A DNA stretch of 32,000 bases from Sinorhizobium meliloti. Lineage in GTDB: Bacteria > Pseudomonadota > Alphaproteobacteria > Rhizobiales > Rhizobiaceae. Positions 25,411 through 32,000 of this stretch are shown one piece after another; position 1 is the first letter of the stretch, and every line of letters starts with the position of its first letter. The notes under the pieces were generated by a model that worked only from the letters and a program-made list of their open reading frames with translations, searched no databases and had not been told where the DNA came from. Both the position numbers and the translations under genes were made by a program. The stretch is from the NCBI RefSeq assembly GCF_017876815.1, contig NZ_JAGIOS010000002.1:990001-1022000 (forward strand), given 5' to 3'.

Positions 25411-26502
25411 ATGGCCAGCGTTGAAATAAGGAATGTGGTCAAGCGCTTTGGTGCGCTGGAAGTCGTCCATGGTGTCTCGGCAGAGATCGCCGACGGCGAA
25501 TTCGTCGCGATGGTCGGCCCGTCGGGCTGCGGCAAGTCCACCCTTCTGCGGATGATCGCGGGCCTTGAGGAAATCTCCGACGGAGCGGTCGTGATCGGAG
25601 GAGATATCGTCAATGAGGTCGCTCCGAAAGACCGCAATATTTCGATGGTCTTCCAGAACTATGCGCTCTACCCGCACATGACCGTTGCCGAGAACATGGC
25701 CTTCGCGCTTCGCTTGGCCCGCCTCCCTAAGGACGAGCAGAAGAGGAAGGTGGGCGAAGCGGCTACCATGCTCGGCCTCGACGGCCTGCTCGACCGGTAT
25801 CCGGGGCAGCTCTCCGGCGGTCAGCGCCAGCGCGTCGCCATGGGGCGGGCCATCGTCCGCCGTCCTGAAGTCTTCCTGTTCGACGAACCCCTGTCAAATC
25901 TCGACGCAAAGCTCCGAGTGCAGATGCGTGCCGAGATCAAAGGTCTGCACCAGCGCCTTCGCACCACCAGCATCTACGTGACGCATGACCAGATCGAAGC
26001 CATGACGATGGCCGACCGCATTGTCGTGATGCGCGACGGCAACGTCGAGCAGATCGGGACGCCGCTGGAGATTTTCGACTATCCTCGCAATCTCTTCGTC
26101 GCGAGCTTCATCGGCAGTCCCTCGATGAACTTCATCCAAGGCGAGGTCGTTGACGGTACGTTCCGAGCGCCCGGCGGCATCACCATTCCTGCTCCCCATC
26201 TGGCCCCCAAGGGGTCGGCCGTCGCGGGAATAAGGCCGAACAAGCTGCAGATCGGCACTACCGGCCCCTTCGCCAAGGTGCTGATCGCGGAACCGACGGG
26301 CGACGAAACACACCTTTTGGTGGAGCTTGGCGGAGCGCAACTGGCCATGTTGCTTCGCGAACGCACCAGCCTCGCACCCGGTGACGAGATCGGCCTCGCC
26401 TTTGCCTCCGCTGATGTTCACTTCTTCGACGGTCAGACCACCCTGCGGCTTGGAGCGCTTCCCGGAGAAGTGCGAAACGGTTTTCCGTCCGCAAGTGCGT
26501 AG
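25411..26502 (+). CDS. Sugar ABC transporter ATP-binding protein (MalK/UgpC-type), 363 aa
   Basis: Walker [10 protein letters not shown], signature LSGGQRQRV, Walker [11 protein letters not shown]-loop YVTHDQ, C-terminal TOBE-like regulatory domain. The last ~15 codons lie in a repeat copy. Confidence 0.95.
   Translation: MASVEIRNVVKRFGALEVVHGVSAEIADGEFVAMVGPSGCGKSTLLRMIAGLEEISDGAVVIGGDIVNEVAPKDRNISMVFQNYALYPHMTVAENMAFALRLARLPKDEQKRKVGEAATMLGLDGLLDRYPGQLSGGQRQRVAMGRAIVRRPEVFLFDEPLSNLDAKLRVQMRAEIKGLHQRLRTTSIYVTHDQIEAMTMADRIVVMRDGNVEQIGTPLEIFDYPRNLFVASFIGSPSMNFIQGEVVDGTFRAPGGITIPAPHLAPKGSAVAGIRPNKLQIGTTGPFAKVLIAEPTGDETHLLVELGGAQLAMLLRERTSLAPGDEIGLAFASADVHFFDGQTTLRLGALPGEVRNGFPSASA
26456..26502. 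repeat. Second copy of the 47-nt interspersed repeat module (without the large palindrome)
   Basis: cgcttcccggagaagtgcgaaacggttttccgtccgcaagtgcgtag matches 11057-11103 at 38 of 47 positions, in the same orientation. Confidence 0.7.
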
Positions 26503-26570
26503 AACCAGCCGCGCGACCTCACCGCCAGTGGGCGCCGGTCAGGCCGGGCCCTGACGCTGCGGAGGAGCAG

Positions 26571-26595
26571 GGAACAAATACCGTGAAAGCCGGTT
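26571..26595 (+). promoter_or_regulatory. EcfG/RpoE2-type promoter for two small-protein genes
   Basis: GGAAC-aaataccgtgaaagcc-GGTT (N16), ending 27 nt before ATG 26622. Confidence 0.6.
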
Positions 26596-26621
26596 GAGTC
26601 GCGAAGCGGAAAGGAGCGACC

Positions 26622-26966
26622 ATGTCCAAGCCGGCAAGCAATTCTGCGCAGGTGCGCGGCGACATCCAGCATGGAAGGACGGGTGACAAGAGGCGCGGCT
26701 TCGATCCCGCGGCGGCGCCGCTCGAGACTGACGACGAAGCAGGCGGTACGCCTCCCGGCAGTGAAGCGGTCCGAACCGCCAGGGCCGGGCAGGCGGAGGG
26801 GAGGCCGGCCGATACCTCTACCGAGTACAACGACGCGATGCGGCCGCTTGCAGCGGCGGAGACCGCCGGACCGAACAGGCAACGGCTGGGGCTGAGCCTG
26901 GCCATTGTAGCCATGGCCATCGTGATAGGCGGCTTGATCTACGCCGGCGGGCTTCTCTCGCCGTGA
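26622..26966 (+). CDS. Small stress-regulon protein, disordered with a C-terminal TM anchor (114 aa)
   Basis: SD AAGGAG 26611-26616. N-terminus ..GDIQHGRTGDKRRGFDPAAAPLETDDEAGGTPP... C-terminal TM LGLSLAIVAMAIVIGGLIYAGGLL. Confidence 0.65.
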   Translation: MSKPASNSAQVRGDIQHGRTGDKRRGFDPAAAPLETDDEAGGTPPGSEAVRTARAGQAEGRPADTSTEYNDAMRPLAAAETAGPNRQRLGLSLAIVAMAIVIGGLIYAGGLLSP

Positions 26967-27005
26967 AAGCGGTTCTTCAAACAAGCCAATCGAAGGAGTC
27001 TCCAA

Positions 27006-27197
27006 ATGCCTGACCGTCGACGCCCATCGAAAGATCCTCTATCGGAACTGGCCGCTCGCGAGGAAGCCATGTATTTGCGGCGCTCGTCGATGCGCTTTCT
27101 CGAATGTGCGATTCATCTCTGCGTGACGCATATGACGCTTCAGGAGGTGGCCGACCTGCTCGAGAAGGAAGCTGCGCAGCTTCGCCGCTTCGGATGA
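27006..27197 (+). CDS. Small hypothetical protein (63 aa)
   Basis: SD AAGGAG 26993-26998 upstream of ATG 27006. Lies 39 nt downstream of the previous gene. No recognisable family. Confidence 0.45.
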   Translation: MPDRRRPSKDPLSELAAREEAMYLRRSSMRFLECAIHLCVTHMTLQEVADLLEKEAAQLRRFG

Positions 27198-27244
27198 GGT
27201 CCGGCAGGGACGGGTCGTCAGCTCCTACGCGACGGTGAATTGCC

Positions 27245-27266
27245 CCTCTGGCCTGAAGGCCAGAGG
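27245..27266. terminator. Bidirectional hairpin between the convergent small-protein unit and the methyltransferase gene
   Basis: cctctggcc (27245-27253) / ggccagagg (27258-27266), 4-nt loop. Confidence 0.55.
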
Positions 27267-27292
27267 CTCGGCTTCCCAGTCGCAGCCGTCAT

Positions 27293-28087
27293 TCAATCCA
27301 GTCGCGCCTTGTTCCCGACATCTGCCGAACCTCCGAGGATCCTCAGGGTGGGCTCGTCCAGATACGGGCGCTCGCCGCGCCGCAGGAGATAGACTTCCCG
27401 CTCGGGATTGGCTTCGATGACGAAGCCTGCGCTTCGCAACATCGCCTCGACGCCGGCGCGGTTGGGAATGAACCAGTTGGTGGGGTCATCCGCGAAGCGG
27501 TGTTCGACGAAGAACAGCTTCGGATGGTCGGGCCGGTCGAAGATCTCCCACTCCCGGAAATCGTAATCACCCTTGAGGCTTGCAACGGAATCCGACCCGC
27601 GCTGCATGCACTGGAAGAGCATCTGGTCGCCGACGACGTGCTCGTAGAGAAGGTCGAGTGCCAGCAGCGGATGGCGTAGGTGATAGAGAACGCCCATGAA
27701 GATGACTAGGTCGAATCTCTCGCGAAGGCGTGCCGCGTCATAGACCGACATCAGCCTGTATTCGATGTCGACCCCCGCCTGCTCCGCGGCAAACTTCGCC
27801 TGCCGCAGATAGTGCGGGTCCGAGTCGATGCCGAGTACGCGTCCGGCATTGCGGCGTTTCATCTCCTGTGCGTAGAACCCCGCATTGCAGCCGATGTCGA
27901 GGACGCTCCTTCCTTCGAGGTCCTCCGGCACGACATGCCTGAAGGCCTTCCACTTCACCGCGGGATAGTCGCCGAGAAAGTGACCGGGCGCCGTCTCGAT
28001 GCCCCCGATCCGCATGTTGTGGAACCAGGGACCGAGCGCCGCAATCTCTTGCGCGATGACCGTTCGGTCTTTCGTCTGTTGAACCAT
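27293..28087 (-). CDS. Class I SAM-dependent methyltransferase, CmoB/DUF1698-like (264 aa from ATG 28087; alternative GTG start at 28093)
   Basis: GPWFHNMRIGG.. N-terminal block, SAM motif I VLDIGCNAGFY, VIFMGVLYHLRHPL, C-terminal WFIPNRAGVEAMLRSAGF; the layout parallels CmoB. The ATG lies 2 nt after the upstream stop (TGATCATG). Confidence 0.8.
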   Translation of the reverse strand: MVQQTKDRTVIAQEIAALGPWFHNMRIGGIETAPGHFLGDYPAVKWKAFRHVVPEDLEGRSVLDIGCNAGFYAQEMKRRNAGRVLGIDSDPHYLRQAKFAAEQAGVDIEYRLMSVYDAARLRERFDLVIFMGVLYHLRHPLLALDLLYEHVVGDQMLFQCMQRGSDSVASLKGDYDFREWEIFDRPDHPKLFFVEHRFADDPTNWFIPNRAGVEAMLRSAGFVIEANPEREVYLLRRGERPYLDEPTLRILGGSADVGNKARLD

Positions 28088-28089
28088 GA

Positions 28090-29130
28090 TCACAGATCCT
28101 GACTGACGATGGAAAGTTGCGGCTGGCGCCGGGTGCGGCCGGACCGGCGTTCAGCGCGGCTTCCGCCAAGTGCGCTCTGGAACCAGGTGATCGTATGCGT
28201 CAGCCCGTCCTCCAGAGGAACTTTCGGCTCCCAACCGAGAAGCTTCCTGGCGCGCGCGATATCGGGACGGCGACGCTGCGGATCGTCCGCCGGCAGCGGC
28301 TCATGGACGATCGTCGAGGCCGTCTCGATCCTGGAGAGGACCAGCTCCGCCAGTTCAATGACGGTGAATTCTCCGGGATTGCCGAGGTTCACCGGTACCG
28401 CAGGGTTCTCCTTACGGTTCATCAGCCGGATCAGTCCGTCCACGAGATCGGAGACGTAGCAGAAGGAGCGCGTCTGCTCGCCACTGCCGTAAACAGTGAG
28501 CGGCTCGTTCTTCAGCGCCTGGACGATGAAGTTCGAAACGATCCGTCCGTCATTGGGGCGCATATGCGGACCGTAGGTGTTGAAGATGCGAGCGACCCGC
28601 GTGTCGACGCTTCCCGCCCTCAGACTGTCGAAGCACAGGGCTTCGGCCGCGCGTTTGCCCTCGTCGTAGCAGGCCCGCGGCCCGGTGCAATTGACGTGGC
28701 CCCAGTAGTTCTCCTGCTGCGGATGCTCCTCGGGATCGCCGTAGATCTCGCTTGTGGAGGCCTGCAGAAACGTGGCCCCGTGCCTTTCGGCGAGCCGCAG
28801 GAGATTTCCCGTCCCGGTCACGCTGGTCATCATCGTGTGGATGGGATCGGCCTGGTAGGACGGCGGCGAGGCCGGGCAGGCCAGATTGTAGATCTGGTCG
28901 ACCGGTTCATCGATGTCGATTTCATCGCAGACGTCCTGTTCCACCATGGCGAAATAGGGGTTCGCCTGCAGGCCGATGAGATTGGCAGGGGAGCCGGTGA
29001 GATAGCTGTCGAGGCAGATCACCCGGTTGCCGGCGCCTAGAAGTGCTGTACAAAGGTGCGATCCGACAAAGCCGGCCCCGCCGGCAACCAGGATGATCTT
29101 TCCTCGGCTTGCTTTGTTTCTTTTAGCCAT
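28090..29130 (-). CDS. UDP-glucuronate decarboxylase (UDP-xylose synthase, UXS)-like extended SDR, 346 aa
   Basis: Rossmann motif VAGGAGFVGSHL, ASTSEIYGDP, catalytic YDEGKRAAE (YxxxK), RIFNTYGP, GEQTRSFCYVSDLV. Start re-set to ATG 29130 behind SD AAGGAG. Confidence 0.85.
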   Translation of the reverse strand: MAKRNKASRGKIILVAGGAGFVGSHLCTALLGAGNRVICLDSYLTGSPANLIGLQANPYFAMVEQDVCDEIDIDEPVDQIYNLACPASPPSYQADPIHTMMTSVTGTGNLLRLAERHGATFLQASTSEIYGDPEEHPQQENYWGHVNCTGPRACYDEGKRAAEALCFDSLRAGSVDTRVARIFNTYGPHMRPNDGRIVSNFIVQALKNEPLTVYGSGEQTRSFCYVSDLVDGLIRLMNRKENPAVPVNLGNPGEFTVIELAELVLSRIETASTIVHEPLPADDPQRRRPDIARARKLLGWEPKVPLEDGLTHTITWFQSALGGSRAERRSGRTRRQPQLSIVSQDL

Positions 29131-29149
29131 CGGCCGTTCTCCTTTCGGG

Positions 29150-30268
29150 TTAAACCGGAAGCCGCCGCTCGGAACGCCTGGTGGCGAGACCGGTCCTGGC
29201 GGCGACGCTTTCGATTGCCTCGACAAAGGTCCGTGCGCGCGCCGCGGAACTGTGCGCGGCGGCGACGCGTCGATAGGCGCAATCGGCAAGTGCTTTGCGT
29301 TGTTCTTCGCCGAGCCTCGTCAATGCCGTGACGACATCGGCGCTGTTCTGCGCGATGATCACGGCCTCGCCGGCCGGGAAGAAACTTTCGATCCCCTCCC
29401 ACCAGTCGCTGACGAGCGGCGTGCGGCACGCGGCCGCCTCGAAGAGGCGAACGCTTGGGGACCAGCCGGCTGCCACCATGTCGGCTCGCGTGACGTTCAG
29501 GGTGAATCGCTGGCGGCTGTAGAATTCAGCATGTTTGCCGGGCGGCAGATGTTCGATGCGCTGGACGTTTGCGGGCCAGTCGATGTCATCAGGATAGCTC
29601 GGCCCGGCCACGACGAAGCGCATGTCCGGCAAGCGCCGCGCCGGCTCGATCAACAGGCGTTCGAGCGCGGGCTGCCTGTCGGGGCTGAAGGTGCCGAGAT
29701 AGCCGAGGTCCCACTCCGTGGCCGCACCGGTATCGCGATAGGCGTCGAGGTCGACGGCGCAATAGAGGGGTACCGGCCGCCGCGCCGCGAACTCGTCCCG
29801 CAGCCGGTCAAGCGTTCTGCCGCCGGAGAAGGAAAAATAAATGTCGAACGCCGCAACCTGTCTTCGCGCGAGAAACTCCTCGTCGCCGCGCTCGAGCTTG
29901 GCGAGCGTCACGGGCGTGTCGATGTCGTAGAAGCACAGGCGTTTCGGTCCGAGATCCGCGACCACGTCGATGACCTCCACCCCATCAGGCACATAGGAGC
30001 CGATGACGACGGCATCCGCGCCGAAAAGCCTGTGCGCATGCTTGGAGACGAGTTCGTACGGGTCCGTGTAGAACACGAGGTCGCAGAAATCCGGCGCGGC
30101 CAGATCGCGGTTGCTCGCATACCAGGGCACGTCCCGTTCCAGGAACGTCACCTTGTGCCCGGCAGCGTCGAGCGCGCGAAGCAAAGCACGATAGGTCGTC
30201 GCATGACCGTTGCCCCACGAGGAGGACAGCGAGAGACCGAGAATGACGATGTCGAGCGGTCGCTTCAT
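29150..30268 (-). CDS. CgeB-like glycosyltransferase (GT-B fold, Glyco_trans_1_2-type), paralog 3, 372 aa
   Basis: MKRPLDIVILGLSLSSSWGNGHATTYRALLRAL.. and C-terminal ..SPSVRLFEAAACRTPLVSDWWEGIESFF, paralogous to the two upstream genes. ATG 30268 is in an ATGA overlap with the upstream stop. The tracked 571-aa ORF is over-extended. Confidence 0.8.
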   Translation of the reverse strand: MKRPLDIVILGLSLSSSWGNGHATTYRALLRALDAAGHKVTFLERDVPWYASNRDLAAPDFCDLVFYTDPYELVSKHAHRLFGADAVVIGSYVPDGVEVIDVVADLGPKRLCFYDIDTPVTLAKLERGDEEFLARRQVAAFDIYFSFSGGRTLDRLRDEFAARRPVPLYCAVDLDAYRDTGAATEWDLGYLGTFSPDRQPALERLLIEPARRLPDMRFVVAGPSYPDDIDWPANVQRIEHLPPGKHAEFYSRQRFTLNVTRADMVAAGWSPSVRLFEAAACRTPLVSDWWEGIESFFPAGEAVIIAQNSADVVTALTRLGEEQRKALADCAYRRVAAAHSSAARARTFVEAIESVAARTGLATRRSERRLPV

Positions 30269-31350
30269 TCGGCAGCCTCCATGCGGTGCGCCCGCCGCAA
30301 GACGCGATCCACCTCCTCGGCACGATGCGCATAGGTATGCTCGGCGAGAACGCGGCGGAGCGCCCGCTCGCCGATCTCCCTGGCGCCGGCAGCCGTCAGC
30401 TTCTGCATCAGTTCGGCGACGTCCCGGCCGTCTCTGGCGACCAGCACTTCTTCTCCGGGCTTCAGGAAGAGCTCGATGCCCTCCCAGTAGTCGGTGATCA
30501 GGCAGGCGCCGGCGCCCGCGGCCTCGAAGACGCGGGTTGCCGGCGAGAAGCCGTTTTCGGCCATGCTGGCGCGTGAAATATTCAGGACGGCATTCGGCGT
30601 CGTGTTGAAGGCATTGTGGTCGGCGGTCGGGACGTGTCCGATATAGGCGACATTCGGGGACAGAGACTTGTCGTGCCACCCGGATCCGCCGAGCAGGAAA
30701 CGCCGCTGCCAGAGCTTTTGCGCCGGCTCGAGGAAGAAGGCCTCCACGCGCTCCTCCCGATCTGGCAGGCGGTTGCCGAGGAAGGCGAGATCGGCGACAA
30801 AGCGCGGATCCGGCGGCACCGGATGGTGCGTCTCGGGATCGACGGCATTGTAGATCGGAACGCATTCGCGGGCACCGAGCACGCGATAGGCGTCGACCAC
30901 GGGATCGCCGCCGCCATAGGTCAGCACAAGATCCAGGGAGGAAAGCGCGCGGCGAAGCGGGTGGTCGGGTGCGGCCTTGAGCTCGGCCAGAGTGGCTGGT
31001 GCATCGACATCCCAGAAGATTTTCAGCGCCGCCGAGTCTGCCGCGGCCATCACCTCGGCAAGCAGCAGCTCGTCCTCGAAGCCGACGCCGCTCGCCTTGA
31101 CGACGATCTCCGCCTTGGCTGCTTCCTGCGCCACTCGCTTCAACGCCTCGACGGTCCCGTCATAGACGACGACCCTGCACCAGGAGGGCGGGTCGATATC
31201 GCGGTGCTTCTGCCGATCGTAGACATCAGGCTCGTAGAAGGTGATCTGATAACCCCGTTCGGCAAGCGCACGGAGCAGGCCGCGATAATAGGTGGCCGCG
31301 CCGTTCCAGTAGGCCGAAACGAGACTCGATCCGTAAAATGCCAGTCTCAT
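30265..31350 (-). CDS. CgeB-like glycosyltransferase, paralog 2, 361 aa
   Basis: MRLAFYGSSLVSAYWNGAATYYRGLLRAL.., ..SPATRVFEAAGAGACLITDYWEGIELFL. SD GGAGGAGG. ATGA overlap with the upstream gene at 31347-31350. Confidence 0.8.
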   Translation of the reverse strand: MRLAFYGSSLVSAYWNGAATYYRGLLRALAERGYQITFYEPDVYDRQKHRDIDPPSWCRVVVYDGTVEALKRVAQEAAKAEIVVKASGVGFEDELLLAEVMAAADSAALKIFWDVDAPATLAELKAAPDHPLRRALSSLDLVLTYGGGDPVVDAYRVLGARECVPIYNAVDPETHHPVPPDPRFVADLAFLGNRLPDREERVEAFFLEPAQKLWQRRFLLGGSGWHDKSLSPNVAYIGHVPTADHNAFNTTPNAVLNISRASMAENGFSPATRVFEAAGAGACLITDYWEGIELFLKPGEEVLVARDGRDVAELMQKLTAAGAREIGERALRRVLAEHTYAHRAEEVDRVLRRAHRMEAAE

Positions 31351-32000
31351 ACCTCGACCTCCTCCGAAATGATCTGTCGCGCGCCGGAGCGCGGCCTGTA
31401 GGAGGCCACGATGGCGAGCAGCTCGTCGACGCGATGGCTGCATGTGTGGCGCGCCCGGACCGTCTCCAATCCGCAGGCGGTCATCTCCGCGGCGAAGTCC
31501 GGTTCGGCGAGCAGCTGGCGCAGAAGGCGCGTCATCTCCTTGCCGTCCTTGGCAAGGCAAAAATCCTTGCCCGGCCGGAAAAGCCCTTCAGCATCGGTCC
31601 ATGGCGCCGAAATCAGCGGAATGCCGCAGGCAAGCGCCTCGAAGACGCGGATTGTCGGTATTCCCGGCAGAGCCTCGACATAGGGCCGGCGCGGAATGTG
31701 CACGGTGACCCGATGCTCGGCGAAAGCCCGCGGAACGGCGGCATTGGCGAGCCAGCCGCCATAGTCGATTTTTGCGGAGCGCAAGGCCCTGAGCGCGGCC
31801 TTGGGATATCGCACGCCGCGGACGGTCGTCCTGAGCTTCAGCTTTTTCGCCGGTTCGACCAGAAAGGACATGATCTCGCTGCTGCGCTCGTCGTCGCCCC
31901 AATTGCCGATCCAGATGAGCTCGCCCCGCTTCTCCACTTCCGGCATCGGGTGGAACAGCGAGGTATCCGCAGCCTCGTGCCAGGTATGGACATGCCTTCC
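31347..32000 (-). CDS. CgeB-like glycosyltransferase, paralog 1, C-terminal part (5' end beyond the window edge)
   Basis: The frame stays open to nt 32000 (..HVHTWHEAADTSLFHPMPEVEKRGELIWIGNWGDDERS..). C-terminal block IRVFEALACGIPLISAPWTDAEGLF is paralogous to the two downstream genes. Confidence 0.75.
   Translation of the reverse strand, partial: GRHVHTWHEAADTSLFHPMPEVEKRGELIWIGNWGDDERSSEIMSFLVEPAKKLKLRTTVRGVRYPKAALRALRSAKIDYGGWLANAAVPRAFAEHRVTVHIPRRPYVEALPGIPTIRVFEALACGIPLISAPWTDAEGLFRPGKDFCLAKDGKEMTRLLRQLLAEPDFAAEMTACGLETVRARHTCSHRVDELLAIVASYRPRSGARQIISEEVEV

Noticed and set aside
23685-25637. 650-aa ORF on the minus strand, the longest ORF in the window
   Set aside because: It lies entirely antisense to three well-supported plus-strand genes (permease, DUF2961, ATPase). 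Its translation is Arg/Asp/Gly/Pro-rich with no motifs. This is a typical shadow ORF of GC-rich DNA.
29150-30865. Long N-terminal extensions of tracked ORFs (e.g. 571 aa at 29150-30865; also 30265-31560, 28090-29289, 11106-12776, 4873-6756, 10018-10935, 8907-10052)
   Set aside because: The extensions overlap the preceding gene or an intergenic region and are Arg/Pro/Ala-rich. In each case an internal ATG with a good SD, or an ATGA/TGATG coupling to the upstream stop, gives a protein starting at the family-typical N-terminus.
29027-31401. 435-aa and 261-aa plus-strand ORFs (29027-30334, 30616-31401)
   Set aside because: Antisense to the paralogous glycosyltransferase genes. No motifs; Arg/Gly/Asp-rich.
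1-32000. CRISPR arrays, tRNA/rRNA genes, IS elements, integrases, toxin-antitoxin or recognisable phage-defence genes
   Set aside because: By eye I found no regularly spaced direct repeats, no cloverleaf-like or rRNA-like segments, and no transposase, integrase, nuclease, helicase or ATPase ORFs of defence type. The only repeats seen are the short REP/RIME-like elements reported above.

Overview
Visibly GC-rich alphaproteobacterial DNA. Gene content, GGAAC-type stress promoters and interspersed hairpin repeats point to a Rhizobiaceae (Sinorhizobium/Ensifer-like) chromid or megaplasmid; this is inference and no search was possible. I support about 38 protein-coding genes and find no tRNA, rRNA, CRISPR array, transposase or integrase. 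Layout by coordinate: (1) 1-1817, 3' end of the PQQ operon (pqqC partial, pqqD, pqqE). (2) 1.9-10.9 kb, a loose redox/electrophile-detoxification neighbourhood: 4-OT tautomerase, two SDRs, LysR regulator, DJ-1/PfpI protein, DipZ-like CcdA-thioredoxin fusion, GlxA-type regulator, Tat-exported alpha/beta hydrolase, VOC protein. (3) 11.1-15.0 kb, minus-strand block of exported cupin, Tat-exported epoxide hydrolase and an OmpR/EnvZ-type two-component pair. (4) 15.7-19.7 kb, a general-stress-response (GSR) island. Every transcription unit here sits behind a GGAAC-N16/17-(C/G)GTT EcfG/RpoE2-type promoter. Genes: DUF4142, BON/SWFGD-like, an untracked 57-aa membrane ORF, and a coupled tail-anchored/holin-like/DUF3618 triad. 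(5) 19.9-26.5 kb, a LacI-regulated sugar ABC operon with an embedded DUF2961 (GH172-like) gene. Its first permease is frameshifted, and a 46-bp perfect AT-rich palindrome lies just upstream of the regulator. (6) 26.6-27.2 kb, a second GSR-promoter unit with two small proteins. (7) 27.3-32.0 kb, the best candidate for an uncharacterised system. It is a tightly translationally coupled minus-strand cassette of three paralogous CgeB-like glycosyltransferases, a UDP-glucuronate-decarboxylase-like enzyme and a CmoB/DUF1698-like methyltransferase. No export, polymerase or membrane component is visible. It continues past the window edge. Two CDS 3' ends (histidine kinase, ABC ATPase) run into copies of an interspersed repeat. 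Note that the ORF track shows GTG/TTG starts as M. Many tracked ORFs are over-extended at the 5' end or are antisense shadow ORFs; I re-set starts using in-frame ATG plus Shine-Dalgarno (SD) sequence plus gene-coupling evidence.
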